Source: Methanobacteriota archaeon (GTDB taxonomy: Archaea > Thermoplasmatota > Poseidoniia > Poseidoniales > Thalassarchaeaceae). Taken from it: DNA of 64,000 nt. Made by a program: the position numbers and the translations under genes. Positions 37,851 to 48,966 of this stretch are shown one piece after another. The notes beneath the pieces are model-generated. The model did not search any database and was not told the origin of the DNA. It saw only the letters and a list, made by a program, of their open reading frames with translations. The stretch is taken from NCBI GenBank assembly GCA_016845345.1, contig JAERSV010000057.1, forward strand, positions 183 through 64,182, in the 5' to 3' direction. Positions within the stretch are counted from its first letter, which is position 1. Every line of letters begins with the position of its first letter.

Positions 37851-38738
37851 ATGGGCGCCGACATTCTAGTTGTTTACAAAAAGAATTTTGAAGAGGTCCA
37901 CGACCTTTCAATCGCATCACTGAAAACCGATTTAGACGGTTTGACTGAAGAACGTGGTACATCTTACGAACTTGTTCCAAGAGAAGCAGTGAAGAGATCT
38001 GATTTCGTCGGCCGAGACCTAGTAATTGTTGTAGGTGGAGACGGGACTTTAACCTCAATCGCTCATAATGTTGATGCTGACACTCAAATATTGGGCGTCA
38101 ACAGCCATCCAATGGATGATGACCCCACTGGCTCATTTGGATTCTTTATGGGCAGCGATTCAACGACATTCGCGAGTGACTTGCGGGCCGCATTGGATGG
38201 TGAAGCAATAGTCAATTTACTACCTAGATTATCAGCAGAAATTGTCACAACAAGCGGCAATCGTATCACTTGTGACCCCGCTCTCAATGACCTTCTAATC
38301 GCGAATACCCACCAGTATCAACCAAGCCGTTATCGACTCAAACGCGATGCAGATGATAACCATGACAAAGTGGATTTGATGCAACGCTCTTCAGGTTTGT
38401 TATTCTCAACATTTGTTGGACAGGGTGCATGGTTTCGTCATATCTGTGTGATAGAGGGAATGAAATTTGACCCGGAAATGATTCATGACCATTACTTATT
38501 TTGTGCTAGAGATTTACCTCGTGACGAAAGAAGAGAAGATGGTTCGTACTTCGCCTGGACAAACCAACCTACAGTAATTAATTCGGATATGCACAGAGGA
38601 TTCTGTGTCCCTGATGGATGGGATGAATGGCACTTCACACGCGGTTCGACAGTAACTGTGACAATCGACGGACCTAAACTGCAACTTCTCACTTTCCGCG
38701 AGAGACTGGTAGACAAACTTGCTCACTGGATTGAATGA
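37851..38738 (+). CDS. NAD(+)/NADH kinase family protein
   Basis: VVGGDGT, ILGVNS, S.GF, ALND, SSGLLFST..GQ.AW motifs. Confidence 0.88.
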   Translation: MGADILVVYKKNFEEVHDLSIASLKTDLDGLTEERGTSYELVPREAVKRSDFVGRDLVIVVGGDGTLTSIAHNVDADTQILGVNSHPMDDDPTGSFGFFMGSDSTTFASDLRAALDGEAIVNLLPRLSAEIVTTSGNRITCDPALNDLLIANTHQYQPSRYRLKRDADDNHDKVDLMQRSSGLLFSTFVGQGAWFRHICVIEGMKFDPEMIHDHYLFCARDLPRDERREDGSYFAWTNQPTVINSDMHRGFCVPDGWDEWHFTRGSTVTVTIDGPKLQLLTFRERLVDKLAHWIE

Positions 38739-38753
38739 TTAGTAGATTAATAT

Positions 38754-40133
38754 TCAATCATCATCGCCACTGCCTTCATCGAGTTTATGTTCTAACTCTT
38801 CGATTTCTGCAAGAATATCCAAACGACTCTGGCTGACGCCATCTTCGGAATCTTCTGATGATACAGAATCTTCTTCCTCAAGCGCAGCATTCAATTCTTC
38901 TATTCGAGCGCGTATTTCCTTTCGTGCATTCATCCTAGCAGTGGATTCTGCCTCTTCTTTGACCCTTGCCTCTGCCTTTATTCTCTCTTTTTCAGCAGAT
39001 TTCTTTTGTTCCTCAGCAGCATTCTGTGCTGCTTTCTCCTCGACAACTGATGCTGGGTCGTATTTCAACTGCATATGTGGATAAGGAATGTCAATGTCCT
39101 CGTCAATACATCTCTCAAGGACTCGGGTTAGAATCCAATCTCTAGCGACCCATTCATCTGAATAATCCCGTACCCAACAGTTTAGTCTGAACAATAAAGC
39201 AGAATCTAACATATCTCTAAAAAGTGCTGTAGGAGGCGGCGAGTCAAGAATGTAGTCACATTCCCGAACTACATCAAGCAACATCTGCTTCACGTGAGCA
39301 GGTTCCTCATCATAACCCACTCCAATATTTAATCGCAAATTAACTCTTTTTGGGGTTTCTTCTGGTCCCCCCTTTGCGAAATTGATGACCTCCTTTCCAC
39401 TAATACTCTTGTTTGGAATAACAACTTGGTGTTCTTGACCGGTCTTGATTTTTGTAGACATTATCCCTACATCAACCACCTTACCTGTTACACCCATCAC
39501 TGTTACCTTATCACCGACCTCAAATGGCTTGTCCATTACCATCATCATCCCTGATACTAGATTTGATGCAGTCTCTTTTAGAGCCATACCAACAACTAGA
39601 GAAATGATAGTTGCTGAAGCAAGAATACCTGTGATGTCAATATTTAATTGCGCGAAAATAACCATCGCCGCCCCTACCCAAATGGCAATTTTCATACCTG
39701 AGAAAATTAATGATTCTACTCCTCCAAGATCCATATCTGCTCTTTTATTCAAGTTTTCAATGATGACAGGGACAAATAATTCAACTATTTGGACTGCGAA
39801 ACGAGCTAACATGTAAACAAGAACTATTATTATCAACTTTGCAAACATCATACTATTTGTTGAATCGCTCTCAAAGACCCACATTATCGTGAGCCATAGC
39901 CCAGCCAATACCACGCCTACATTGATGAGTGGGGTTGCAAGGTCAAAAATCGTATCATCATATTTATTGTCACTTTTAGAAATCAACTTGACAATAGGGC
40001 CTTTGGCAATCAATTGCACTACACCACCAGCAATTATTGAGCATGAAAGACCGATTATTAATCGAATCCACCAATCCATTCCGTCGATTATATCCCAGTA
40101 CTCTAGAGCCGAATCTGTAAGAGTCATTGCCAC
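38754..40133 (-). CDS. mscS: MscS-family mechanosensitive channel with charged C-terminal extension
   Basis: GMALKETASNLVSG, PFEVGD.V...G..G.V..VG..ST.I, IPN, FRLNCWV, IDIPYP. Confidence 0.92.
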   Translation of the reverse strand: MAMTLTDSALEYWDIIDGMDWWIRLIIGLSCSIIAGGVVQLIAKGPIVKLISKSDNKYDDTIFDLATPLINVGVVLAGLWLTIMWVFESDSTNSMMFAKLIIIVLVYMLARFAVQIVELFVPVIIENLNKRADMDLGGVESLIFSGMKIAIWVGAAMVIFAQLNIDITGILASATIISLVVGMALKETASNLVSGMMMVMDKPFEVGDKVTVMGVTGKVVDVGIMSTKIKTGQEHQVVIPNKSISGKEVINFAKGGPEETPKRVNLRLNIGVGYDEEPAHVKQMLLDVVRECDYILDSPPPTALFRDMLDSALLFRLNCWVRDYSDEWVARDWILTRVLERCIDEDIDIPYPHMQLKYDPASVVEEKAAQNAAEEQKKSAEKERIKAEARVKEEAESTARMNARKEIRARIEELNAALEEEDSVSSEDSEDGVSQSRLDILAEIEELEHKLDEGSGDDD

Positions 40134-40150
40134 CTCGATATGGCATCAGA

Positions 40151-40239
40151 TGAAAAAGTGTCCTAATTAGAATTATCAATAATTATTGGCGACAAGCACC
40201 CGCCCACAGTGGAAAAGTGCTCTAACTAGAATTATCAAT
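40151..40239. repeat. Imperfect 30-bp direct repeat upstream of mscS
   Basis: 40151-40180 TGAAAAAGTGTCCTAATTAGAATTATCAAT and 40210-40239 TGGAAAAGTGCTCTAACTAGAATTATCAAT; 26/30 identical, 59-bp period. Confidence 0.8.
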
Positions 40240-40343
40240 TACTTGAGAGAATGTGAATTTTATAAATCAAGTTGCAACGAAAAATTACTCGGATTCTTCA
40301 TCACTTTTGGCTGTGAATTATACAATGAGGTTACAACGAAAAA

Positions 40344-41174
40344 TTACTCAGATTCTTCTGCACCAGAATGCCCCGATTCTTCATAATTAATTTCCTTTTT
40401 AGACCCTAAGAAGTGAAAGAGTAATGGAATGAATGGCACAACCAACCAAGCAATTATTCCATCTCCAAGAACGACTGATACTTCTCCGCCGAATCGGATG
40501 AAGGCCTCAGAACCTTCTTCACCATCGGCTGGAGGTTTTTCACGTAAAGCGTCTCTTTGAGATTCGTTTACTAATCCAAGGTCATATCCTGAAGAATCAA
40601 ATGTAAATTCAAGCCCTGTTGAGTGCAGTGAAAGTGTAGAGTCAAATTTTGAGTGAGCGAATTGATCCTCTCCCCCTTCCTTACCTGTTTCAAGCCCCCC
40701 TCTAGCCTCGGGCTCAGTGCCCTCTGAATACCCACCTAACAGACTCATTGGCACCATTATTATCAAAAGAAACGATGTAAAACCCCACATTCCAAGCCCA
40801 AGCCATGAGAACCACCTTCTCAAAGACCCAAACGCAAAAAAAGCGACTGTGAGAAGCACTCCTTTTTCAACTAAATTTCTGGTTGCATCTAAATTCGAAT
40901 TCAAATTTTCCTCTTCTTGGTTTTCATTAAGGTTCTCCCGACTGTTTAGATAATGGAAGAGTGGTGTTGCGTTGGTTATCTCAATCTGAATTTTTTCCTC
41001 TTCTGAATCAATGGTGTAGTTTGCCCAGAGTGTAGGTTCTCTAACTGGACCTTCAAGATAAGTTCCTCTTGCCGATACCTCATACCACACCTCTTGGACC
41101 AACAACAAGCCAAGTAGGGCTACTGCTACCGCTAATACGCCTTGACGCAAATGTTCAGTCCGCATTGGCCTCAC
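40344..41174 (-). CDS. Hypothetical membrane protein
   Basis: About 4 TM segments with extracytoplasmic loops; 10 bp downstream of the preceding gene. Confidence 0.7.
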   Translation of the reverse strand: MRPMRTEHLRQGVLAVAVALLGLLLVQEVWYEVSARGTYLEGPVREPTLWANYTIDSEEEKIQIEITNATPLFHYLNSRENLNENQEEENLNSNLDATRNLVEKGVLLTVAFFAFGSLRRWFSWLGLGMWGFTSFLLIIMVPMSLLGGYSEGTEPEARGGLETGKEGGEDQFAHSKFDSTLSLHSTGLEFTFDSSGYDLGLVNESQRDALREKPPADGEEGSEAFIRFGGEVSVVLGDGIIAWLVVPFIPLLFHFLGSKKEINYEESGHSGAEESE

Positions 41175-41184
41175 TCGCTGTAAA

Positions 41185-43065
41185 TCATTCTTGGCGGCGA
41201 GGCATGAATCCTGCCACTAGTGCAGCACCAAGTACTACGAATACAACTGAAAAGATACCAGGTGCAGGTAAGCCAAACATGCCTTCAGTCGTAGATTCTT
41301 CACTGGTATCAGATTGCCCACCATCCTCATCGGTTGAAGTAGGTGGTTCAACTATCATGCTTTCAGGTGCATGGATGCCTAGAGCGGTTACGATTGCCGA
41401 TACATCGTGAGCGGCAACCGGAGCCAATTCCTCTAATGTGACAGACCGCTCGGCTGATTCCTCAGCATCCTCAGCAGCAGCACCCACCAAATATTCCAGA
41501 TGATTTTGAACTGGTGGATTATTGTTGTAGGCTGAAGTTTCTGGGCCTAGAACTGAGTAGACATTTCCGCTTTCTGTTTCTCCAAGTAGTTGGAATCCAA
41601 CAAATCGAGAATGTTCATTACTCCACAAAGCATTGTACTCACCATCTACATATGGGAAATCAACTTCAACATCTTCATATTTTTCCATCTCAAATTCTAG
41701 TCGTTCTCCAACAGATTCCAAATTCTTAGTGAAGTCAGATTCTTCAAAAGCGCCATAAATATTCATTGCTAAATCCTCCAATTCTGAAACTAAGTCCTCT
41801 TCATCAACCCCTTCATCAGAACCATCAGCGCAATCGTCCTCTCCATCGTTCACATAATCTACAGGAATTTCTTCCCCATCATCACAGGTGAATGTGTCAA
41901 ACATAACAGTCTCTTCTGCATCTTCGGTCCAACCTTCAAATGCCTCCACCATTGCTTCAGCAGCAGTAGTTTGGTCACCACTGCCCATTACAGCATTTGC
42001 AAAGGAATAACCAACCATTAGGCTCATCCCTGGTGAAAATGGGTCCATCGCTACTCCAGTTGCACTCGTGGTAGTTCCACCATCATCAATCGTGATTGTT
42101 TGTTCGTCTCCAAAGGCATATGGCATTTCAAATTCCAATCCCTCATCCATAATCATGTCATCGTCATCTGAATCAAATGTGCCAGCATCTGGTATTGAAT
42201 CTGAAATGTCTAAGTCTAAAGCATCTGCTTCAAACCCAAAATCATCCATTGGCAAACCTGTAAAAGATACGTCGTATGACTGTGTAGTTGCATAAGAACC
42301 GCTGATTTTCCCACACTGTAAATGACCGCATTCCCAATCAAAATCATTGCCATTATTCATCATGTTGAGAACATTGCTTGGGTGTTCAAGACGCCATTCA
42401 CTATTGAGTGAATTAGCACTCCAACCCATTTCAATTCCGGCATCAAGATCTATCTCAAATGAATCGCCGTTTCCTGAAACATCAGCGTACAATCCCATTC
42501 CTGCACCAACGCCCCAATTTGCAGAAGCATCAAGGTCAGAACCTACCAACATCAGGTCTGAGGTAACATATTCTGTGTAAACTAAGTCCATGATGACAAT
42601 TGTCTCATAATCGGCAGAAAGTACAACTTCCATTGAGGGAGCACCCATTACAGTATTATCATCCCAATCCACCATTACTCCGGCATCATACAACATTCCA
42701 TGGCGAAGTGTTACTTCAGTAACTCTGGATGTGACTGTGTGAGTATCTCCACTATTATCGGTGATTTGTTGCTCAGTAGAATCGTCCCACTGCTCAACGT
42801 AAACTGATGAACTACCACTATACACATTCAAAATTGTGAGGTTGAATCCACCATAATCTGCTGATTGTTCAATATCCTCAATGATATCATCATAAGGTAA
42901 TCCCGTCATTTCCTGAATATCATCATTCAGGTTCGCCCATTCATATTCTACACCCCAAGAAACTGAATTGCTTGTTTCCGCCGATACCGTAGGTATCGTA
43001 GAAATCATGCTCAACGTTAACAATCCGGCTACTATCAGTGCTGTTCGAAACTTACTTCCGTCCAT
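41185..43065 (-). CDS. Acidic cell-surface protein with LDL-receptor-A-like module and PGF-CTERM-like (LPAPG) tail
   Basis: Signal peptide; CDDGEEIPVDYVNDGEDDCADGSDE; Ser/Thr/acidic linker; LPAPG-TM-RR. Confidence 0.82.
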   Translation of the reverse strand: MDGSKFRTALIVAGLLTLSMISTIPTVSAETSNSVSWGVEYEWANLNDDIQEMTGLPYDDIIEDIEQSADYGGFNLTILNVYSGSSSVYVEQWDDSTEQQITDNSGDTHTVTSRVTEVTLRHGMLYDAGVMVDWDDNTVMGAPSMEVVLSADYETIVIMDLVYTEYVTSDLMLVGSDLDASANWGVGAGMGLYADVSGNGDSFEIDLDAGIEMGWSANSLNSEWRLEHPSNVLNMMNNGNDFDWECGHLQCGKISGSYATTQSYDVSFTGLPMDDFGFEADALDLDISDSIPDAGTFDSDDDDMIMDEGLEFEMPYAFGDEQTITIDDGGTTTSATGVAMDPFSPGMSLMVGYSFANAVMGSGDQTTAAEAMVEAFEGWTEDAEETVMFDTFTCDDGEEIPVDYVNDGEDDCADGSDEGVDEEDLVSELEDLAMNIYGAFEESDFTKNLESVGERLEFEMEKYEDVEVDFPYVDGEYNALWSNEHSRFVGFQLLGETESGNVYSVLGPETSAYNNNPPVQNHLEYLVGAAAEDAEESAERSVTLEELAPVAAHDVSAIVTALGIHAPESMIVEPPTSTDEDGGQSDTSEESTTEGMFGLPAPGIFSVVFVVLGAALVAGFMPRRQE

Positions 43066-43262
43066 GAAACTGCATATTCAGTGAAGGTAATTAATGTATG
43101 TGCGAAAAAAACAGTATTCAAAAGTAAGAGAAATCGGCTGTATCGGATTTGAATTTAGATGAAACCCTACACTCTATACTGATAGATATTATTCTGAAAA
43201 GTGACCCAAAAAAACCGAAAATATCCTGTATATTCAATAACCATGCTCTCAAATGAAAAATA

Positions 43263-43682
43263 ATGGAGACACGCCACCTGCTATTACCAATGCTTGCCCA
43301 AGTTGCCCTCACAGGATATGCGATTATCGTAATGAGGTTAAGACGTGAATGGGCTGTTAGAGAAGAGGGATTGAATCCACTTTACTTCAAGACCAAACAA
43401 GTTGGTGAGCCACCCCGCAAGATGAAACAAGCCGATGACTTGGTTGACAATCTTTTCCAGACTCCGCTTCTCTACTTCGCTGGCTGTATCTCTGCAATGG
43501 CACTTGGCCTAATTGATGAGGTGCTCATTTCACTCGCTTCTCTATATGTGGTTCTCCGAATCGCACACGCACACCAGATTCTAGGGCCAAATAGAATAAT
43601 GCGCAGATCAAAATTCTGGTTTTCAAGTTTAATCACGATTGGGTTGTTTTGGCTCTGGTTGGTCAAACTCGCCTTCCTTTGA
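43263..43682 (+). CDS. MAPEG-family membrane protein
   Basis: NLFQTPLLYF...LYVVLRIAH...H..G.N...R. Confidence 0.85.
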   Translation: METRHLLLPMLAQVALTGYAIIVMRLRREWAVREEGLNPLYFKTKQVGEPPRKMKQADDLVDNLFQTPLLYFAGCISAMALGLIDEVLISLASLYVVLRIAHAHQILGPNRIMRRSKFWFSSLITIGLFWLWLVKLAFL

Positions 43683-43799
43683 GTTTTCCCTTAGGAATTC
43701 CACCAAAAAACAGGAAATACTACGCTCAATGTGATTTCTAATTTAAAAAATTGCTACCATCTAAACGATTTGAAAAATAAAATAAAAAAGTTGGGAAGA

Positions 43800-43819
43800 C
43801 AGGGTGCCGAAGCACCCTG
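43800..43819 (-). terminator. UUCG-tetraloop hairpin followed by a U-rich tract downstream of 16S rRNA
   Basis: Transcript CAGGGUGC-UUCG-GCACCCUG followed by long U/A runs (about 43770-43790). Confidence 0.7.
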
Positions 43820-43842
43820 CCCTCCGCGTTTTCGAGGTTCTT

Positions 43843-45308
<1,466 letters not shown>

Positions 45309-45370
45309 TCATGTCGGCCTAAACCGACTTTCAATCTTTTCAATCCCTAGGAGACTTGGTTCGCTAACTG

Positions 45371-45660
45371 TTACTTATTGGTTTTGACAAGGTTATTTTG
45401 CACCTTATTTGTTCCTTTGCACACATCATTGTGTGTCATTACATGTATCACCTCTTAGCCACAAGCCAAGCTCGCAGCAGCATTACCTCGGCTACAGCGT
45501 ATGCGAGATGGTGTTCTTCATCGCCCATTGCTGGACTCAGACACCAACGCCGTGCATTGTTGTAGCATCCCGCCGACCTGCCGTCCCTATATCAACATGA
45601 CTCATCGGGCCAGTTTTAGGACTCAGCACCAATGTAGTGCAGTACCACGTTTTTAATCTG
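45371..45660 (-). other. Probable structured 16S 5' leader (external transcribed spacer)
   Basis: Segment more GC-rich than its AT-rich upstream flank, with several hairpins and a repeated CTGAGTCC...CGATGA motif. Confidence 0.5.
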
Positions 45661-45788
45661 ATATGAGATGAAAATAGGTATCATGTAGATGCTGCCAAAA
45701 ATTGAATAAAAAATGTTCAAAAAACCGATAGAAATATCATAGCAAATTAGCACTAAATCTGACCGAAAAATATTACTAAAATTACTGA

Positions 45789-46058
45789 TTAATTAGTGAT
45801 TTCACCCACCTGGGAAAATGATCCCAAGACCTCAAAATCACTCAACCGGGATGCGTTTACATCATCCACTCTGAGAGATATTGTTCTTGCAAAATGCTCT
45901 GTGCGAATGACTTTTATTGGGCTGAAATCACTCCGTGCGGATACCTTCGAGCAAATTACTCTGGGTTGAATCATTCGCCCCAAATGGTCTGCAGGATTGA
46001 TTTTGGTTGAGCCGAATTCACTCTGCTGGAGCAGTGGGATATTCGTGTCAATCGCCAT
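45789..46058 (-). CDS. Possible small hypothetical protein downstream of secY
   Basis: 89-aa ORF 28 bp after the secY stop; no recognisable motif. Confidence 0.3.
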   Translation of the reverse strand: MAIDTNIPLLQQSEFGSTKINPADHLGRMIQPRVICSKVSARSDFSPIKVIRTEHFARTISLRVDDVNASRLSDFEVLGSFSQVGEITN

Positions 46059-46085
46059 ACAGGATTGCTTTTTGGTGCTCCGAAA

Positions 46086-48005
46086 TCACTCGGCACCGAA
46101 GAACTCTCGCATGAATGGATGCATTTCCATTGCTTGCTCTTTCTGGATTTGTTCATACGTTCGAAGAATGATACCTACGGCTAAGAGCAACCCTGTTCCA
46201 GTTGCATTTCCTACCGTTCCAAGCAAGTCAGCACCTGCTGCTAACAGCCCGACGAAGGCCCCCGAAAACAGCGTGACTGGGGGGATATATCTCTCCAAAA
46301 TGCGCTCCAAAACCACCGGATTTTTCCGGAAACCGGGAATCTGCATGCCCGTCCGTTCAATTTGTTTGGCCACATCCTTAGCTGACATATTTGTAGTTTC
46401 AATCCAGAATTTCGCGAACACCATGGACCCGAGTGTCATCACAAATACGTATGTAAATACGTGCAACATAATTTGCCACAGTTCGTGACCAAAGCCATCA
46501 CCTCGTTGATCTAACAGCGGTAATAGCCAGGACTGAACCCCGCTCACCATAGAGGCATACCAAGCAAATCCATCAGAAGCAACGGTTGAACCTACTTCAT
46601 AAGAACCAAGCCAAGGAGCAATACTCCATGCCCCATTAGCACCTAGTAGAGGGACTGTAGAGAGCACAGGATGGCTCCAGAATAGCAGAGTGAACATATT
46701 GAGGTTTGCCAGCAAAGCAGCCATCAAAATAACCGGAATGTTACTCGCATAAACCAAACGAATCGGGTATTTACCACGATGTCCTCTGACTTTCCCATGT
46801 GTCAATGGCAATTCCAATTTACTCGATTCCGCATAGGCTACAACCAAGAATACAATAATCGACGAAAATAACGCGATCAGCGGATTCGCGTGATTAAGCA
46901 ATATCAGCTCAAATCCATTCTGCGAAACTAACTCAGAATTAGTTGCCGTTCGCAAGGTATAGAATATCATTGGCAACACACCTGACGGTGGATTCTGTAT
47001 GCTGTAAGCACCCGGCGAAACGGGTAATGGCGAGAGAGTACCAACGAAGGTTGATTGTGCCACACCAGCGGCAATGAATAGCGAAATACCAGACCCAATA
47101 CCCCACTTACTGACCAGTTCGTCCATCAGGAAAACAAGGTAAGAACCGAGGAATAGTTGCAGAACAATTAGTGCGTTCGCCCAGCCCAAACCAAACATCG
47201 CAACGATATTCTCGTGAGGGTCGAGGAACCCGTACACTTGTGGGATTGACTCGACAGGAATCATCAAGAGAACGAGAATCTTTTGAACACCTTGGTAGAG
47301 TTGTTTATCTTCGGAATCTTGTAAGTCAAGGTTGATGATTTTCGCCCCCGCGAACAACTGCATGACAATTGAAGCAGTAACGATTGGCCCAATACCTAAG
47401 TGCATGATTGAACCTGAAGCACCAGCCATAATTGCTCGGAATGATGAGAAGATATCCATTGTGGAATCTGCTAATCCCCAAATCATAACATTGGTCATCA
47501 TGAAGTAAAGAATGAGAACGATTGTTGTGGTCATCAATTTCTGGTTGAAGCGAACGTGACCATCTGGCTTTGTGATAGATGGGTAAACATCTACAAAACG
47601 CTTGAGCGCGTAAAGCCGACTACTTTCCTCACCAGTGTAAACTAGACAGGCTAATGCCAAGGCAGCACCTAATCCCAGTAAACCTATTCCAACGAAAAGG
47701 AATCCAACTTGGCTATCATCTTGTAATGCCCAGAAGAACAATCCCGCCATGATTGAAAGCCACATCAGGAATTTAGCAGTTGAGCCAATGAATTTGATTT
47801 GCTTGATTCCATCGGGAAGGTCTTTTTGAACTGCCCACAATACCCAAGCAACGTAAGCTACCGCTACTGCAATCATTTGTGCAGCGTAAACCATAGCATC
47901 TCTATCAGCACCAAGAAGGTCATCCTTCTTCCACCAAAATAGAGCGCCGAAATAAATGACAGATACGGCTGTTATGCCAAATGCTGAGGGCTTTCGTACT
48001 GCCAT
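46086..48005 (-). CDS. secY: Preprotein translocase SecY/Sec61alpha with about 128-aa N-terminal membrane extension
   Basis: GSIMHLGIGPIVTASIVMQL, ELVSKWGIGSGISLFIAAG, YPIRLVYASNIPVIL, GMQIPGFR, TGTGLLLAVGI. Confidence 0.97.
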   Translation of the reverse strand: MAVRKPSAFGITAVSVIYFGALFWWKKDDLLGADRDAMVYAAQMIAVAVAYVAWVLWAVQKDLPDGIKQIKFIGSTAKFLMWLSIMAGLFFWALQDDSQVGFLFVGIGLLGLGAALALACLVYTGEESSRLYALKRFVDVYPSITKPDGHVRFNQKLMTTTIVLILYFMMTNVMIWGLADSTMDIFSSFRAIMAGASGSIMHLGIGPIVTASIVMQLFAGAKIINLDLQDSEDKQLYQGVQKILVLLMIPVESIPQVYGFLDPHENIVAMFGLGWANALIVLQLFLGSYLVFLMDELVSKWGIGSGISLFIAAGVAQSTFVGTLSPLPVSPGAYSIQNPPSGVLPMIFYTLRTATNSELVSQNGFELILLNHANPLIALFSSIIVFLVVAYAESSKLELPLTHGKVRGHRGKYPIRLVYASNIPVILMAALLANLNMFTLLFWSHPVLSTVPLLGANGAWSIAPWLGSYEVGSTVASDGFAWYASMVSGVQSWLLPLLDQRGDGFGHELWQIMLHVFTYVFVMTLGSMVFAKFWIETTNMSAKDVAKQIERTGMQIPGFRKNPVVLERILERYIPPVTLFSGAFVGLLAAGADLLGTVGNATGTGLLLAVGIILRTYEQIQKEQAMEMHPFMREFFGAE

Positions 48006-48059
48006 ATTTTTTCACGCCTTCCGTTTCATCATTTCAGAGTTTCTTTTTCAGGAGGTTGT

Positions 48060-48482
48060 TCAATCCTCTTCCCACTCGTCGTCATCATCGCCAGAAAGGG
48101 TGACTGAACCACCTGCGGCCTCAATCTTTTCAATTGCCTTCGCACTTGCATGTTCAACAGTTACTGAGATGGCTTGGTTAACCTGTCCACTACCTAACAA
48201 CTTGTCAATATGATAATCACCTAAGTTTACATTTCCATCATCATCAGCCATGTCAGAAAGTTGACTGACATTTACTGTGACATGGACAGTGCATAGAGAA
48301 GGGTCACGATTGAATCCTTGCATACCCCAATGGTTTGGCATATACTTGATTCGTGTCATGACGCGGTGCTTGTTTAGACCAGCATTACCGCGTCCTCCTC
48401 TCTTACCAGCACCTCGACCTGCTTTTTTGCCTCGGCCGTGGTAGCGGCTTCGTCCTCGGAATTTATTTGTTCGTGATGGCAT
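48060..48482 (-). CDS. rpl15: 50S ribosomal protein uL15
   Basis: RGRSRYHGRG.K..RGAG.RGGRGNAG, KLLGSG, SAKAIEKIEAAGG. Confidence 0.96.
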   Translation of the reverse strand: MPSRTNKFRGRSRYHGRGKKAGRGAGKRGGRGNAGLNKHRVMTRIKYMPNHWGMQGFNRDPSLCTVHVTVNVSQLSDMADDDGNVNLGDYHIDKLLGSGQVNQAISVTVEHASAKAIEKIEAAGGSVTLSGDDDDEWEED

Positions 48483-48495
48483 ACTTTTCAACTCC

Positions 48496-48966
48496 TCAAA
48501 TCATTCTCCCAGCAAGGTCAACAATTGCCTCACCGCGATATCCTAATGCTCCACCAACTGTGAAGTGACGCTTGATTCCACCCCATCCCTTTGATCCTCT
48601 TGGTGGGTGAAGTCTGAACACTGGCTTCATGTCAGCGATTGTCTTTGTAGATGAGTCGCCTGCAACTATTGATGATGCAAACTCTTTGATGTTCTTGAAA
48701 TCGGTCTCAGCCTTTACGACAGCATCTGTGATTGGCTTATCACCCATCAATCGCCCTCTTTCTGTGATTAAATTAGCGATTGTTGCTTCATCAACCTGAC
48801 CCCATGTAATGTAATCCTTAGCCTTCTGAAGCATCCCAGCATAAACTTCGTTCTCAGGGATGAGAACTGCATGATTAACTCGAGTCAAATTTAGGTGACT
48901 CATCGTCTGTTTGATTGAACGCTCAATACCAATGTTTGAACGAACTCTAATTACTAACCAAGTCAT
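48496..48966 (-). CDS. rpl30: 50S ribosomal protein uL30
   Basis: [29 protein letters not shown]. Confidence 0.96.
   Translation of the reverse strand: MTWLVIRVRSNIGIERSIKQTMSHLNLTRVNHAVLIPENEVYAGMLQKAKDYITWGQVDEATIANLITERGRLMGDKPITDAVVKAETDFKNIKEFASSIVAGDSSTKTIADMKPVFRLHPPRGSKGWGGIKRHFTVGGALGYRGEAIVDLAGRMI

Noticed and set aside
40151-40239. Possible degenerate CRISPR (30-bp repeats, 29-bp spacer)
   Set aside because: Only two imperfect units, no cas genes, and the position matches a promoter region
45510-45630. Hammerhead ribozyme, SRP RNA or a 23S/5.8S fragment (GCGATGAAGAAC-like)
   Set aside because: No CUGAUGA plus GAAA core in the right order, no SRP helix-8 motif, and the similarity to the LSU rRNA 5' end is only about 10 nt
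46074-46097. Hairpin over the secY stop as an operon terminator
   Set aside because: The stem is bulged and is followed by A-rich, not U-rich, sequence on the coding strand
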